A model generated the notes under the pieces. That model had not been told where the DNA came from. It did not search any database and was given only the letters and a program-made list of their open reading frames with translations. Of a DNA stretch of 64,000 bases, positions 21,901 to 29,120 are shown in pieces. Source of the stretch: a bacterium. Its GTDB lineage: Bacteria > Zhuqueibacterota > Zhuqueibacteria > Residuimicrobiales > Krinioviventaceae. The stretch covers positions 960,001 to 1,024,000 of the forward strand of contig OY843751.1 in NCBI GenBank assembly GCA_963693055.1. Direction: 5' to 3'. A program made the translations under genes and the position numbers. Positions within the stretch are counted from its first letter, which is position 1. Each line of letters begins with the position of its first letter.

Positions 21901-24900
21901 AGCACAAGCAGAAGGATTGACCAACAGTCCAATTTTATTTGAAGCTTTGGGTGAAATTGGCGATCCTTCCTTATTAACCATTATTGATGGTAATAATCAA
22001 TCTGGTCCTTTGGGACTTGCATTGCAAGAACCTTTTATTGTTAAATTAACTGATCAGGTTGGTAATGGTATCCCAAATCAGAATATAGAATATCGTATAC
22101 TTCAAGGTTCTGGTGCAACGTTGGGATCTTCAGGATTAACAGTTCGGAACGTAAAAACTGATGCAGAAGGTGTTGCCCGGGATACGTTGGTGATTGGTAA
22201 TCAGGTAGGCCAAACACACCAGGTGCAGGTATCTGTTGCAGGTAATTCTTCGGTATCCGCTCAAATCTTTTATGCAACTGCTACAGCAGCAATTGCAAGT
22301 GAAATTGTCTATGTTTCTGGTAATGGTGTCAAAGTCGGAACCGCTTATAATTATCAGAGTTCTACCGTGAATACTACATTGGCTCAGGACTTTATCGTTC
22401 AGGTGAATGGTCCTTTTGGTAATGATCCTATTGCCGGCCATGCGGTTACATTTAGAGTTGTAAGCGGTGGTGGTAATTTTTATGGTAATAACAGTACAAC
22501 AGTCAGTACCGGTCCTGATGGAAGAGCGTCTGCAAGACTGACATTGGGTTCTGTAGCTGGCGACAGTGTGCACATAGTTGAAGCTACGGCAAACCGTGTT
22601 GATAATACAACCTTGATGTTAAACAATGCTCCCATCATCTTTAAAGCTGATGGGACGGCATCTGATCCCAACAAGATCACCAAAATGGACTCTACAGACA
22701 ACCAAACCGGTATTGTTGGCGATCCGCTTACTAAACAGGTTCAGGCACTAGTTTCTGATATTTATGGTAATCCTATTAGTGGTCACCAGGTGACTTTTCA
22801 GATTATAAATAATGGTGGCGCATTGCAGGGCTCTACCGGTGAACCGGCTCAGGCCAAACAGGTAACGACCAACGCAAAAGGTATTGCTTCCATTATTTGG
22901 GTTATGCCCACTACACCCGGTCAGGTCCAGATGCAGGCTTTTGCAACAACTGCTACAAGCAATCCTTTGACGGGCAGCCCCATTACATACACCGCTTATG
23001 CCGGCGTTGATGCTGCATATGAAATGGTCAGAGTAACCGGTCAAGATTTGTCTGGTATTGTGGGACAACCACTTGCAGAAAATGCAAGCGTGAAAATTGT
23101 TGATCAATACTCGAATGCAGTTTCCAGTTACCCTGTAACCTTTACCATTACCGATGGTAATGGTCTTGTGAATGGCAGCAATCAGGTTACCGTTCAAACC
23201 GGCACGAATGGAATTGCTTCAGTAGAGTGGACATTGGGTACCGAAAGTGGTTTTGAAAATAATGCTATGGAAGCCACTTCTAGTGTATCAATGAATAATA
23301 AAGAAACCTTTACCGCATCCGGATTGGCTGATGTAGCTTTCCGTATGATTGCGGATTCAACCTATGATACCTTTGGTATTGTAGGCGAGTTGCTGGATAC
23401 ACCCATCAAGGTATTGATTGTTGACCAGTACGATAACCCTGTTGCGGACTATCCCGTAACATTTGAAATTGATGATATTGATGATAATGTAGGTTTTATT
23501 GAAACTGAAGGTACCTTGTCGAAAGTAGAGTCTACTGATGATGACGGTTATGCTCAAATTCGTTGGGGATTGGGACCAAATCCTGGTTCTCAAAACAACA
23601 AACTGACCGTTACTACTAAACGGAATAACATTCATTTAATCAATTCTCCTTATAATGGATTTGTAGTTTCCGCACAGGCGGGTAACGCTTACCAAGTAAT
23701 CAAAGTAACCGATGATGTAACCAAAGAGCTTAGCTCTGTTCATGGCAGCACTTTGCCCGAATATTTAAAGGTCAAGGTTGTTGATAAATTTGGAACTCCT
23801 ATCGCAAGACATCCGGTAACATTCCAGGTATTGAGCCGACTGGTTGCTGATGGTGGTACCCTTGACGGCAGTGTAGATACCGTAAAGGTTAAAGAGACGG
23901 ATTCTAATGGTATTGCATCTGTACAGTTTACTTTGGGTCTGAATGCCGGAAGCAAGATTAATCAGGTCCAGTATGTTGCTGAATTAAATGGCGAGAACCT
24001 TGAAGGCTCACCAGGCACATTCGAGATAACTGGTCTGTCTTCTACCGCCACCCAAATTGTCAAGGTAGCTGGTGATGAACAGCCAGACGGTATTGTGGGC
24101 CAGTTCTGGGATATTCCATTGCAGGTTGCTGCTAAAGATAAAAATGGAAACTATGTTGCCGGACAACCGGTCAGTTTCAAGATTTTACCCAAAGAGGATT
24201 TAATTGAAGAAACACTGGGTTCGTTGGGCGCCGGAACTGCAACCGATACTACGATTTTAACCAACGCTGAAGGACTTGCCATTATTAACTGGCGTGCTGG
24301 TCATCTGGTTGGTGAATATCAGGTCCAGGTTACTTCCTTTGCACTTGCAGAACTTGCCGGTTCACCCATGACTTTTACTGCGACTGCTTTTGCAGAAACC
24401 ACAGACGCAGACCAGTCCATGATTTCAGTCAATCCGGACAGTCTGAATGTTTCTGATGGTTCAATCAGATCTACAATCGTAGTAACATTAAAAGATAAAT
24501 ATGGTAATCCGGTTCAAAACAAGGGTGTTACTTTACAAGCCTCCGGAACCGGTAATATCATCACACAACCGGCTACAGCATCTAATTCAAATGGTCAGGT
24601 AACCGGTTATATTGCATCTGAAAATTCTGGCTTGAAAAATATTTCAGCCCGCGATATTAATAATGAAGTTGATATGGTAGACAAGGCCCAGGTTTATTTC
24701 CGTGCTTCCGAAGCAGACAGGATTGTTAAACATCCGACTGCGAATGGAGACGGACAAAAACGTAACGTGGGTACAGTACTTGAAAATCCACTTCAGGTTG
24801 TTGTTGAAGATTCGTACGGCAACCCCATTCCCAATTTCCCGGTAGTGTTTACAGTTACAGGAGCACAAACGGGTGGTCAGATTGTTGAAAATGTAAATGT

Positions 24901-27154
24901 AACAACTGATGAAAATGGTGTTGCATCTCGTTATTACAGACTTGGTACGGTTAAAGGTATAAATACAATCCAGGTGACTGCACAGGGCATATCCGGTTCT
25001 TCGGTGATTTTCAATGTTGAAAGTGATAATCCCGTTGATTTGCAGAAACCCGTAATTGTAAGTGGTGACAGCGCTCGTGTTTCTCCTGCCCAGCCATTGC
25101 CCGAAGACCTGGTTGTTCAAGTTGTAGATGAACGCGGTTGGCCGGTTTGGAATGAAGGTGTATTGTTTGAAGCATTGAGTACAAACGATGGTCAAATAAC
25201 CAGTAGTAATCCACACAATACCGATTGGTATGGATACGCACGCGCGCAAGCCCAGGTTGGTACCAAAGTGGGTATTAATCTCTTTAGCGCAAAACTTGAA
25301 GAATATCCTGGTAAAGGTACAGTTACATTCTATGCATGGACTGTATCTGCATCTACTGCCAAGTATCTTACTTTTGTAAGCGGACCTACCAGTGGTGTTG
25401 TAGGTCAATCTTTGAGTAGTCCGGTCATTATGAAAACTACGGATGAATATGACAACCCGGTACAGAATGTTACCGTAACATTCCTGGTTGTGGATGATGC
25501 CAGTGTTGACGGTGCAGGTACTTTGCAAGGTGGATTGAAATCCGTAACAAAACAAACAGACAGTAATGGTGAAGTAAGTATATTTTATACACTGGATACA
25601 GTAAGCGGAATAAACAAGATCCGTGTATCTTCATTAAATCTTGAACCCAGTAGTTATGTGGTAACCATAACAGGTAATGCGGATTCACCCTACCGTATGG
25701 AGAAATTCTCTGGTGATAATCAGCGTGGTGAAATGAGTAAACACTTGTTTAATCCTATCTATGTTATGGTACGTGACAGATACGGCAACCCGGCTCCTGG
25801 TGGTGTTGTGACCTTTACCGTAACTCAGGGTGATGGCAGCATCGATGGCGATCAATCCGTACAATCCAATTCAAACGGTCTTGCCAGAGCATACTGGGTA
25901 TTAGGCCCGCGTCCATATGCTGTAAACAACAGTGTTCAGGTTACCAGCTCTTATTTGCAGGGAGGTCCTTTGACTTTTAATGCAACAGGAGATGATCAAA
26001 ATTATCCTGAATTCTCATCATTGCCAAGTAATGTTGAAGTATTTGAGCTTGCAAATATAAGGCTCGAAATTTCAGCTACTGATGAAGATGGCGAAAACGT
26101 ATTCTATAACTCTCAGAATCTGCCATCAGGTGCAAGCTTTGAGATGGAAAGTAACAACAAGTACTATTTCAAATGGACACCGGGACTTGATGTTGTAAAC
26201 AGTCCGGATGTCAGCCAGACATTCTACCCGATCTTTATTGCTCAGGATGATCATGATCCCTCTGGTCGTGTAAAGGATTCGGTCAAAGTTGTAATCAAAA
26301 ATTACAACCGTCCGCCCGAAATTACTAAATATACACCGGAAGCTTCCAGCTTGGATTGGAATCAGGATGAAGTAGCGAGTATTTCTTTTAGTATTGAAAC
26401 CAATGATCTGGATAATGATCCTTTGACTGTTACCTGGTATGTGGGAGACACCCAGGTTGAAGAAGGTCATAATTTGACATTGACTAGTGGTGATTATGAA
26501 AATGGTGTCTATACTGTTAAAGTTAGCGTGAGTGATCAGTTTGCGACCACTGAAAAGTTATGGCAGGTTACTACATCATTAGTCGAGTTGAGTAGTTTTA
26601 GCGCTGTTTCTGAACCTTATAAAGGGATTACCGTTGAGTGGGAAACAGCATCAGAAATTGCAACCGCTGGATTCAATGTATTACGGAGTCTTTCAGAAAC
26701 CGGTACATTTGAAAAAATCAACGAGGATATGATTCTGCCCAACAAGGAAAAGATCTATAGTATTCAGGATAAAGAAGTTCAATCCGGGCAGACCTATTAT
26801 TACAAGCTTGAAGATGTTAGCCTTAGCGGACTTGCAACCCATCATGGTCCTATCTCTGTAGAGGCGCCGGTTCCGAAAAAGTTCTCGTTATCTCAGAACT
26901 ATCCGAATCCGTTTAACCCGGTTACGACTATCCAGTTCGAGCTGCCTAAACATACAGATGTTACCATAGAGGTCTATAATATTATGGGACAAATGGTGAA
27001 TCAACTGATCAATACTCGATTTGAAGCCGGATACCACACCGTTCAATGGGATGGTACAAATTCGAATGGTATGCGGGTTGGTTCAGGTGTTTACTATTAC
27101 CGAATTATAGCCGGAGATTTCAAGAATGTTAAAAAGATGGTATTGTTGAAATAA
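18929..27154 (+). CDS. Giant (2741 aa) secreted Ig-repeat surface protein/adhesin with a T9SS-type/FlgD-Ig C-terminal domain
   Basis: GGAGG RBS and signal peptide (AFA|Q). Two 'DDF(D/E)R' beta-sandwich domains flank an FN3 domain, followed by a CBM-like insert and many Big_1/invasin-like repeats ('D.YGNP....V.F', 'TD..G.A'). Ends with 'LVELSSF' and 'QNYPNPFNP...KKMVLLK'. Confidence 0.88.
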   Translation: MLKKTTTLTFQIAIAVLLSLTAFAFAQTSTDDFDRPDGALGANWTSDTDLVIASGKLHNQSAGSDWLLAIYDGNGTVTNPDEVTINWATTGDGVQWGGAAFVNTNASVGAANGYLVQYRLSSPNKIRLWKITSGALDVGAGIVDEVTASGSAPTADAPLKVNLDPATYTLQVYVDDVIAGSVQDAGASYDLTNRFGAVVLASGSSLNNDVEDFTVGIETPDNIAPNAVSDLSATATGASTVLLEWTASGDDGATGQASQYDIRYSTSPIATNTDFSNAQQVNGEPTPQITGSDESFVVNGLNASTTYYFCLKVGDDNGNFSAISNSTYAATEESGGTGSEGGLLTVTDDFERADLGTSWAATAKHQIKNGTLDVIDGTSTDWNNLAVYKGNRSVSPAGVSIWLDDTECSASGALAVGTAILLDSPSSSASGYFILRRTSSLELWDLSNGVVGAGGRLARDSNPDQPDPTPGDRIKVMVTGDDDTGTITIDVYVNDYMDGQFILNGTEPSTWYAGVFQHGSYANNIDAFTIYSDGSSAEMISEYYGNGQAGPIQATLSDSIAVQVTDGLGNPAAGTVVNFDIVNGDATLSIDSYDYGGLIWKEVEDGAILSPAVTQADANASNGTFVLTPNDIQYSRQGGSVMNLYVPEAGNFNVWLRVIAPSSTSNSLFLRVNDGDTTEVKWGNTWTSWRWEMLKNISLAKGFNQVSILTREEGTQFDKIVLAETTKQPGYTPTGTGGSGSTLPNVTDVNGIAYTFVTFLTNADDDVVIEASAFKDDGSTALTGSPVTFTLDPISGSAVSIVRDPAQPDTLLGEPIQQMTTPLRAYVRDSFGNGVSGVSVSWAITEGTGTLSSSQNTTGNTGTSETYLTLSAQNTPYTIQATAAGLSGSPVSFYVKPGDPPTEIQQTNPTTQVAGDAGVELTEILTVRVITEDGTPFPGFPVNYVVTEGDGALSSELGSENATEIQILSDENGYARARWVLGDEPGLNRVEAQAEGLTNSPILFEALGEIGDPSLLTIIDGNNQSGPLGLALQEPFIVKLTDQVGNGIPNQNIEYRILQGSGATLGSSGLTVRNVKTDAEGVARDTLVIGNQVGQTHQVQVSVAGNSSVSAQIFYATATAAIASEIVYVSGNGVKVGTAYNYQSSTVNTTLAQDFIVQVNGPFGNDPIAGHAVTFRVVSGGGNFYGNNSTTVSTGPDGRASARLTLGSVAGDSVHIVEATANRVDNTTLMLNNAPIIFKADGTASDPNKITKMDSTDNQTGIVGDPLTKQVQALVSDIYGNPISGHQVTFQIINNGGALQGSTGEPAQAKQVTTNAKGIASIIWVMPTTPGQVQMQAFATTATSNPLTGSPITYTAYAGVDAAYEMVRVTGQDLSGIVGQPLAENASVKIVDQYSNAVSSYPVTFTITDGNGLVNGSNQVTVQTGTNGIASVEWTLGTESGFENNAMEATSSVSMNNKETFTASGLADVAFRMIADSTYDTFGIVGELLDTPIKVLIVDQYDNPVADYPVTFEIDDIDDNVGFIETEGTLSKVESTDDDGYAQIRWGLGPNPGSQNNKLTVTTKRNNIHLINSPYNGFVVSAQAGNAYQVIKVTDDVTKELSSVHGSTLPEYLKVKVVDKFGTPIARHPVTFQVLSRLVADGGTLDGSVDTVKVKETDSNGIASVQFTLGLNAGSKINQVQYVAELNGENLEGSPGTFEITGLSSTATQIVKVAGDEQPDGIVGQFWDIPLQVAAKDKNGNYVAGQPVSFKILPKEDLIEETLGSLGAGTATDTTILTNAEGLAIINWRAGHLVGEYQVQVTSFALAELAGSPMTFTATAFAETTDADQSMISVNPDSLNVSDGSIRSTIVVTLKDKYGNPVQNKGVTLQASGTGNIITQPATASNSNGQVTGYIASENSGLKNISARDINNEVDMVDKAQVYFRASEADRIVKHPTANGDGQKRNVGTVLENPLQVVVEDSYGNPIPNFPVVFTVTGAQTGGQIVENVNVTTDENGVASRYYRLGTVKGINTIQVTAQGISGSSVIFNVESDNPVDLQKPVIVSGDSARVSPAQPLPEDLVVQVVDERGWPVWNEGVLFEALSTNDGQITSSNPHNTDWYGYARAQAQVGTKVGINLFSAKLEEYPGKGTVTFYAWTVSASTAKYLTFVSGPTSGVVGQSLSSPVIMKTTDEYDNPVQNVTVTFLVVDDASVDGAGTLQGGLKSVTKQTDSNGEVSIFYTLDTVSGINKIRVSSLNLEPSSYVVTITGNADSPYRMEKFSGDNQRGEMSKHLFNPIYVMVRDRYGNPAPGGVVTFTVTQGDGSIDGDQSVQSNSNGLARAYWVLGPRPYAVNNSVQVTSSYLQGGPLTFNATGDDQNYPEFSSLPSNVEVFELANIRLEISATDEDGENVFYNSQNLPSGASFEMESNNKYYFKWTPGLDVVNSPDVSQTFYPIFIAQDDHDPSGRVKDSVKVVIKNYNRPPEITKYTPEASSLDWNQDEVASISFSIETNDLDNDPLTVTWYVGDTQVEEGHNLTLTSGDYENGVYTVKVSVSDQFATTEKLWQVTTSLVELSSFSAVSEPYKGITVEWETASEIATAGFNVLRSLSETGTFEKINEDMILPNKEKIYSIQDKEVQSGQTYYYKLEDVSLSGLATHHGPISVEAPVPKKFSLSQNYPNPFNPVTTIQFELPKHTDVTIEVYNIMGQMVNQLINTRFEAGYHTVQWDGTNSNGMRVGSGVYYYRIIAGDFKNVKKMVLLK

Positions 27155-27174
27155 GGAAAATTTTCCGGTAGGTT
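27155..27174 (+). repeat. Left terminal inverted repeat
   Basis: GGAAAATTTTCCGGTAGGTT, starting immediately after the TAA stop of the giant gene. Confidence 0.85.
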
Positions 27175-27203
27175 TTGGAAAAAAGGCGGTTATTTCATAT
27201 AGT
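27175..27203 (+). promoter_or_regulatory. Putative sigma70-type promoter inside the element's left end
   Basis: TTGGAA-N17-TATAGT directly abutting the left inverted repeat. Confidence 0.5.
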
Positions 27204-27259
27204 ATTTACTAGAAGTAACCGGAAGTCAAACAAAGATTTCAAAACTTACCGGAGGACAA

Positions 27260-28087
27260 ATGTACAATACTCGTAGTAGTTTGTATGACAGGATATTAGA
27301 AAAAACACCCGAGCAAGTATTCATCAATTCTTTACGAAAAGAATTTGAATTATCACCGGCAGAAAGTAAAGGGATATTGGATTTAGCCAAGCAGTGTTTA
27401 TTTGGCGAGGTTCCCCAGACAGTTGGTAAAATAAAATATATCTGCGCATCCACCAAGGCAAAACATGGCAAGCCCCTGGGTGAGCAGGAATTGAAAGAAG
27501 TAGAGTTAACACTGGATGCCGGTGTAGAAGATTTAAATGTATTAAAAGAAAGCGGTCCCAAGGCACTGCGCCAGTTAAAGGTCTTACGATTGACCGAAGA
27601 AGCCTGGGATCAGGAAGGTTCTTTGACACAAGAGGATTTGGCCCGGATCCTCCAGGTTACGAGTCGCACTGTACGCCAGGATATAAAGTCTTTGCAGACT
27701 GATGGCAACTTTATTCACACGCGCGGAACAGACCATGACATCGGTCGGAGCTTGTCACACAAAAGCCACATTATTGAACTGTATTTGCAGGGAGACACAT
27801 ACGATGCAATTATTCGTAAAAGTCGTCATAGCGCGTTTTCAATAAAACGATATGTGTGCAGCTTTGGCAGGCTGTTGTTATTACTGAATCATGGTATGCA
27901 GGATATCAAAGAGATCAGTCGGTTATTAGGCCAAAGTGAGCGTTTGACCCGTGAGTACCTGGATATTTTTGAGCATCATAAACAGGGTGACAAATGGCCG
28001 CCGATCTATGTAGAGTTATTGGAGCAATTAAAGGTGTTATACCCCTCGAAAAAAAAACAAACCAAGGAGGGGATCGATGAAGACTAA
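27260..28087 (+). CDS. DUF1670-like protein (multi-HTH), element ORF A
   Basis: 'RLTEEAWDQEGSLTQEDLARIL', 'TRG..HDIGR..SHK..IIELYLQG' and 'HS..SIKRY' match my recollection of DUF1670; GGAGG RBS. Confidence 0.75.
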   Translation: MYNTRSSLYDRILEKTPEQVFINSLRKEFELSPAESKGILDLAKQCLFGEVPQTVGKIKYICASTKAKHGKPLGEQELKEVELTLDAGVEDLNVLKESGPKALRQLKVLRLTEEAWDQEGSLTQEDLARILQVTSRTVRQDIKSLQTDGNFIHTRGTDHDIGRSLSHKSHIIELYLQGDTYDAIIRKSRHSAFSIKRYVCSFGRLLLLLNHGMQDIKEISRLLGQSERLTREYLDIFEHHKQGDKWPPIYVELLEQLKVLYPSKKKQTKEGIDED

Positions 28088-28892
28088 GCCTTTAAATCGT
28101 TATGAATCAATAGCTAAGCGTAGCTTTCAAAATGCGATTATTCGATTACTGGAAGAAAATTATAAAATGCTGGGAAGCCACAAAGTCATCCGGATGATTG
28201 CAGAAGATATTGTCGCATTGCAAAATGAATTTTATCCAGAGCTGGAAAAGAAAAGTTTTGGTCAGATTATCTGGCGGACAACCAAAGCGACAAACCGAAA
28301 GCCAAGCTATGGCACAAAAGCGGAAGATTATGAGGTTCAGACAGTTGTGCTACCGTTGGTAACAGATGCGGATATTGACAATCGTATCAAAAGCCATTAT
28401 TCTTATCCCCCAAAAGATGGCAGTGCTAATTATGAAAAACAAACAGAACGGGATATTAAAGTAATGGCGCGGTTATGCAAGAGTGCGGCAGAACAGGGCG
28501 GCTGGTTGACAGGTGCAGAACTCAGTGTATTGTTGAATCGCTCATTAAACACTATTGGTCGGTATATGACAATTTATCATGAAACGCATGATGATATATT
28601 GCCGACTAAAGGAATGATGCTGGATCAGGGCAGTAAGCCGACGCATAAAGCCGCAATTATAGATTTGTACGAGCAGGGATATCCCGAACCGGATATCGCC
28701 CGGATTACAAATCACACAATTGAATCAACGAGTCGGTATTTAAAGAGTTACAAGAACGTAAAATCATTATTGGAAAAAGGTTTTAATTTAATGGAAATGG
28801 TAAGAATAACCGGATTAGGACGGAGTACAATATTACAATACCGTGATCTGGTTTATCATTATCATTCAGATTTAATACAAAAGAAAACTTGA
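28077..28892 (+). CDS. DUF1670-like protein, element ORF B (paralog of ORF A)
   Basis: 'RLCKSAAEQGGWLTGAELSVLL', 'TKG..LDQG..PTHK..IIDLYEQG' and 'HT..STSRY' align with ORF A; AAGGAGG RBS. Confidence 0.75.
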   Translation: MKTKPLNRYESIAKRSFQNAIIRLLEENYKMLGSHKVIRMIAEDIVALQNEFYPELEKKSFGQIIWRTTKATNRKPSYGTKAEDYEVQTVVLPLVTDADIDNRIKSHYSYPPKDGSANYEKQTERDIKVMARLCKSAAEQGGWLTGAELSVLLNRSLNTIGRYMTIYHETHDDILPTKGMMLDQGSKPTHKAAIIDLYEQGYPEPDIARITNHTIESTSRYLKSYKNVKSLLEKGFNLMEMVRITGLGRSTILQYRDLVYHYHSDLIQKKT

Positions 28893-28929
28893 AAATTTGA
28901 AAAGGAATTAATAGGTTAGGTTGTCATTG

Positions 28930-28980
28930 TTTTTCAGCTAACTCCAGTCGCCCTACGGGCTCCTTTCGTTAGCTGAAAAA
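28930..28980. other. Nested hairpin in the element's 3' non-coding end
   Basis: 13-bp stem TTTTTCAGCTAAC/GTTAGCTGAAAAA enclosing a GCCC-TAC-GGGC inner hairpin. Confidence 0.7.
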
Positions 28981-29007
28981 ATGAATAAATGTTCTAATCT
29001 TAAAAAC

Positions 29008-29027
29008 AACCTACCGGAAATATTTCC
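29008..29027 (-). repeat. Right terminal inverted repeat
   Basis: AACCTACCGGAAATATTTCC followed by TAA. Confidence 0.85.
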
Positions 29028-29060
29028 TAAACGTAAATAAAAATAAACTCCAGATCAAAC

Positions 29061-29099
29061 AAAAAAAAGCCGGCATCTTTAAGATGCCGGCTTTTTTTT
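29061..29099. terminator. Bidirectional Rho-independent terminator
   Basis: A8-GCCGGCATCTT-T-AAGATGCCGGC-T8 between convergent genes. Confidence 0.92.
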
Positions 29100-29120
29100 G
29101 TTACAACTATTATTTTATTC

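Larger units (their letters stand above)
27155..29027. mobile_element. IS-like element (1873 bp) encoding two DUF1670-like proteins
   Basis: Left end GGAAAATTTTCCGGTAGGTT (27155-27174) matches the reverse complement of the right end GGAAATATTTCCGGTAGGTT (29008-29027) at 18/20. TAA flanks both ends (27152-27154, 29028-29030). The element separates the giant gene from its terminator. Confidence 0.8.

Noticed and set aside
24644-25555. 303-aa antisense ORF and other antisense ORFs within the giant gene
   Set aside because: They are shadows of a strongly codon-biased sense gene and have no recognisable motifs or RBS.
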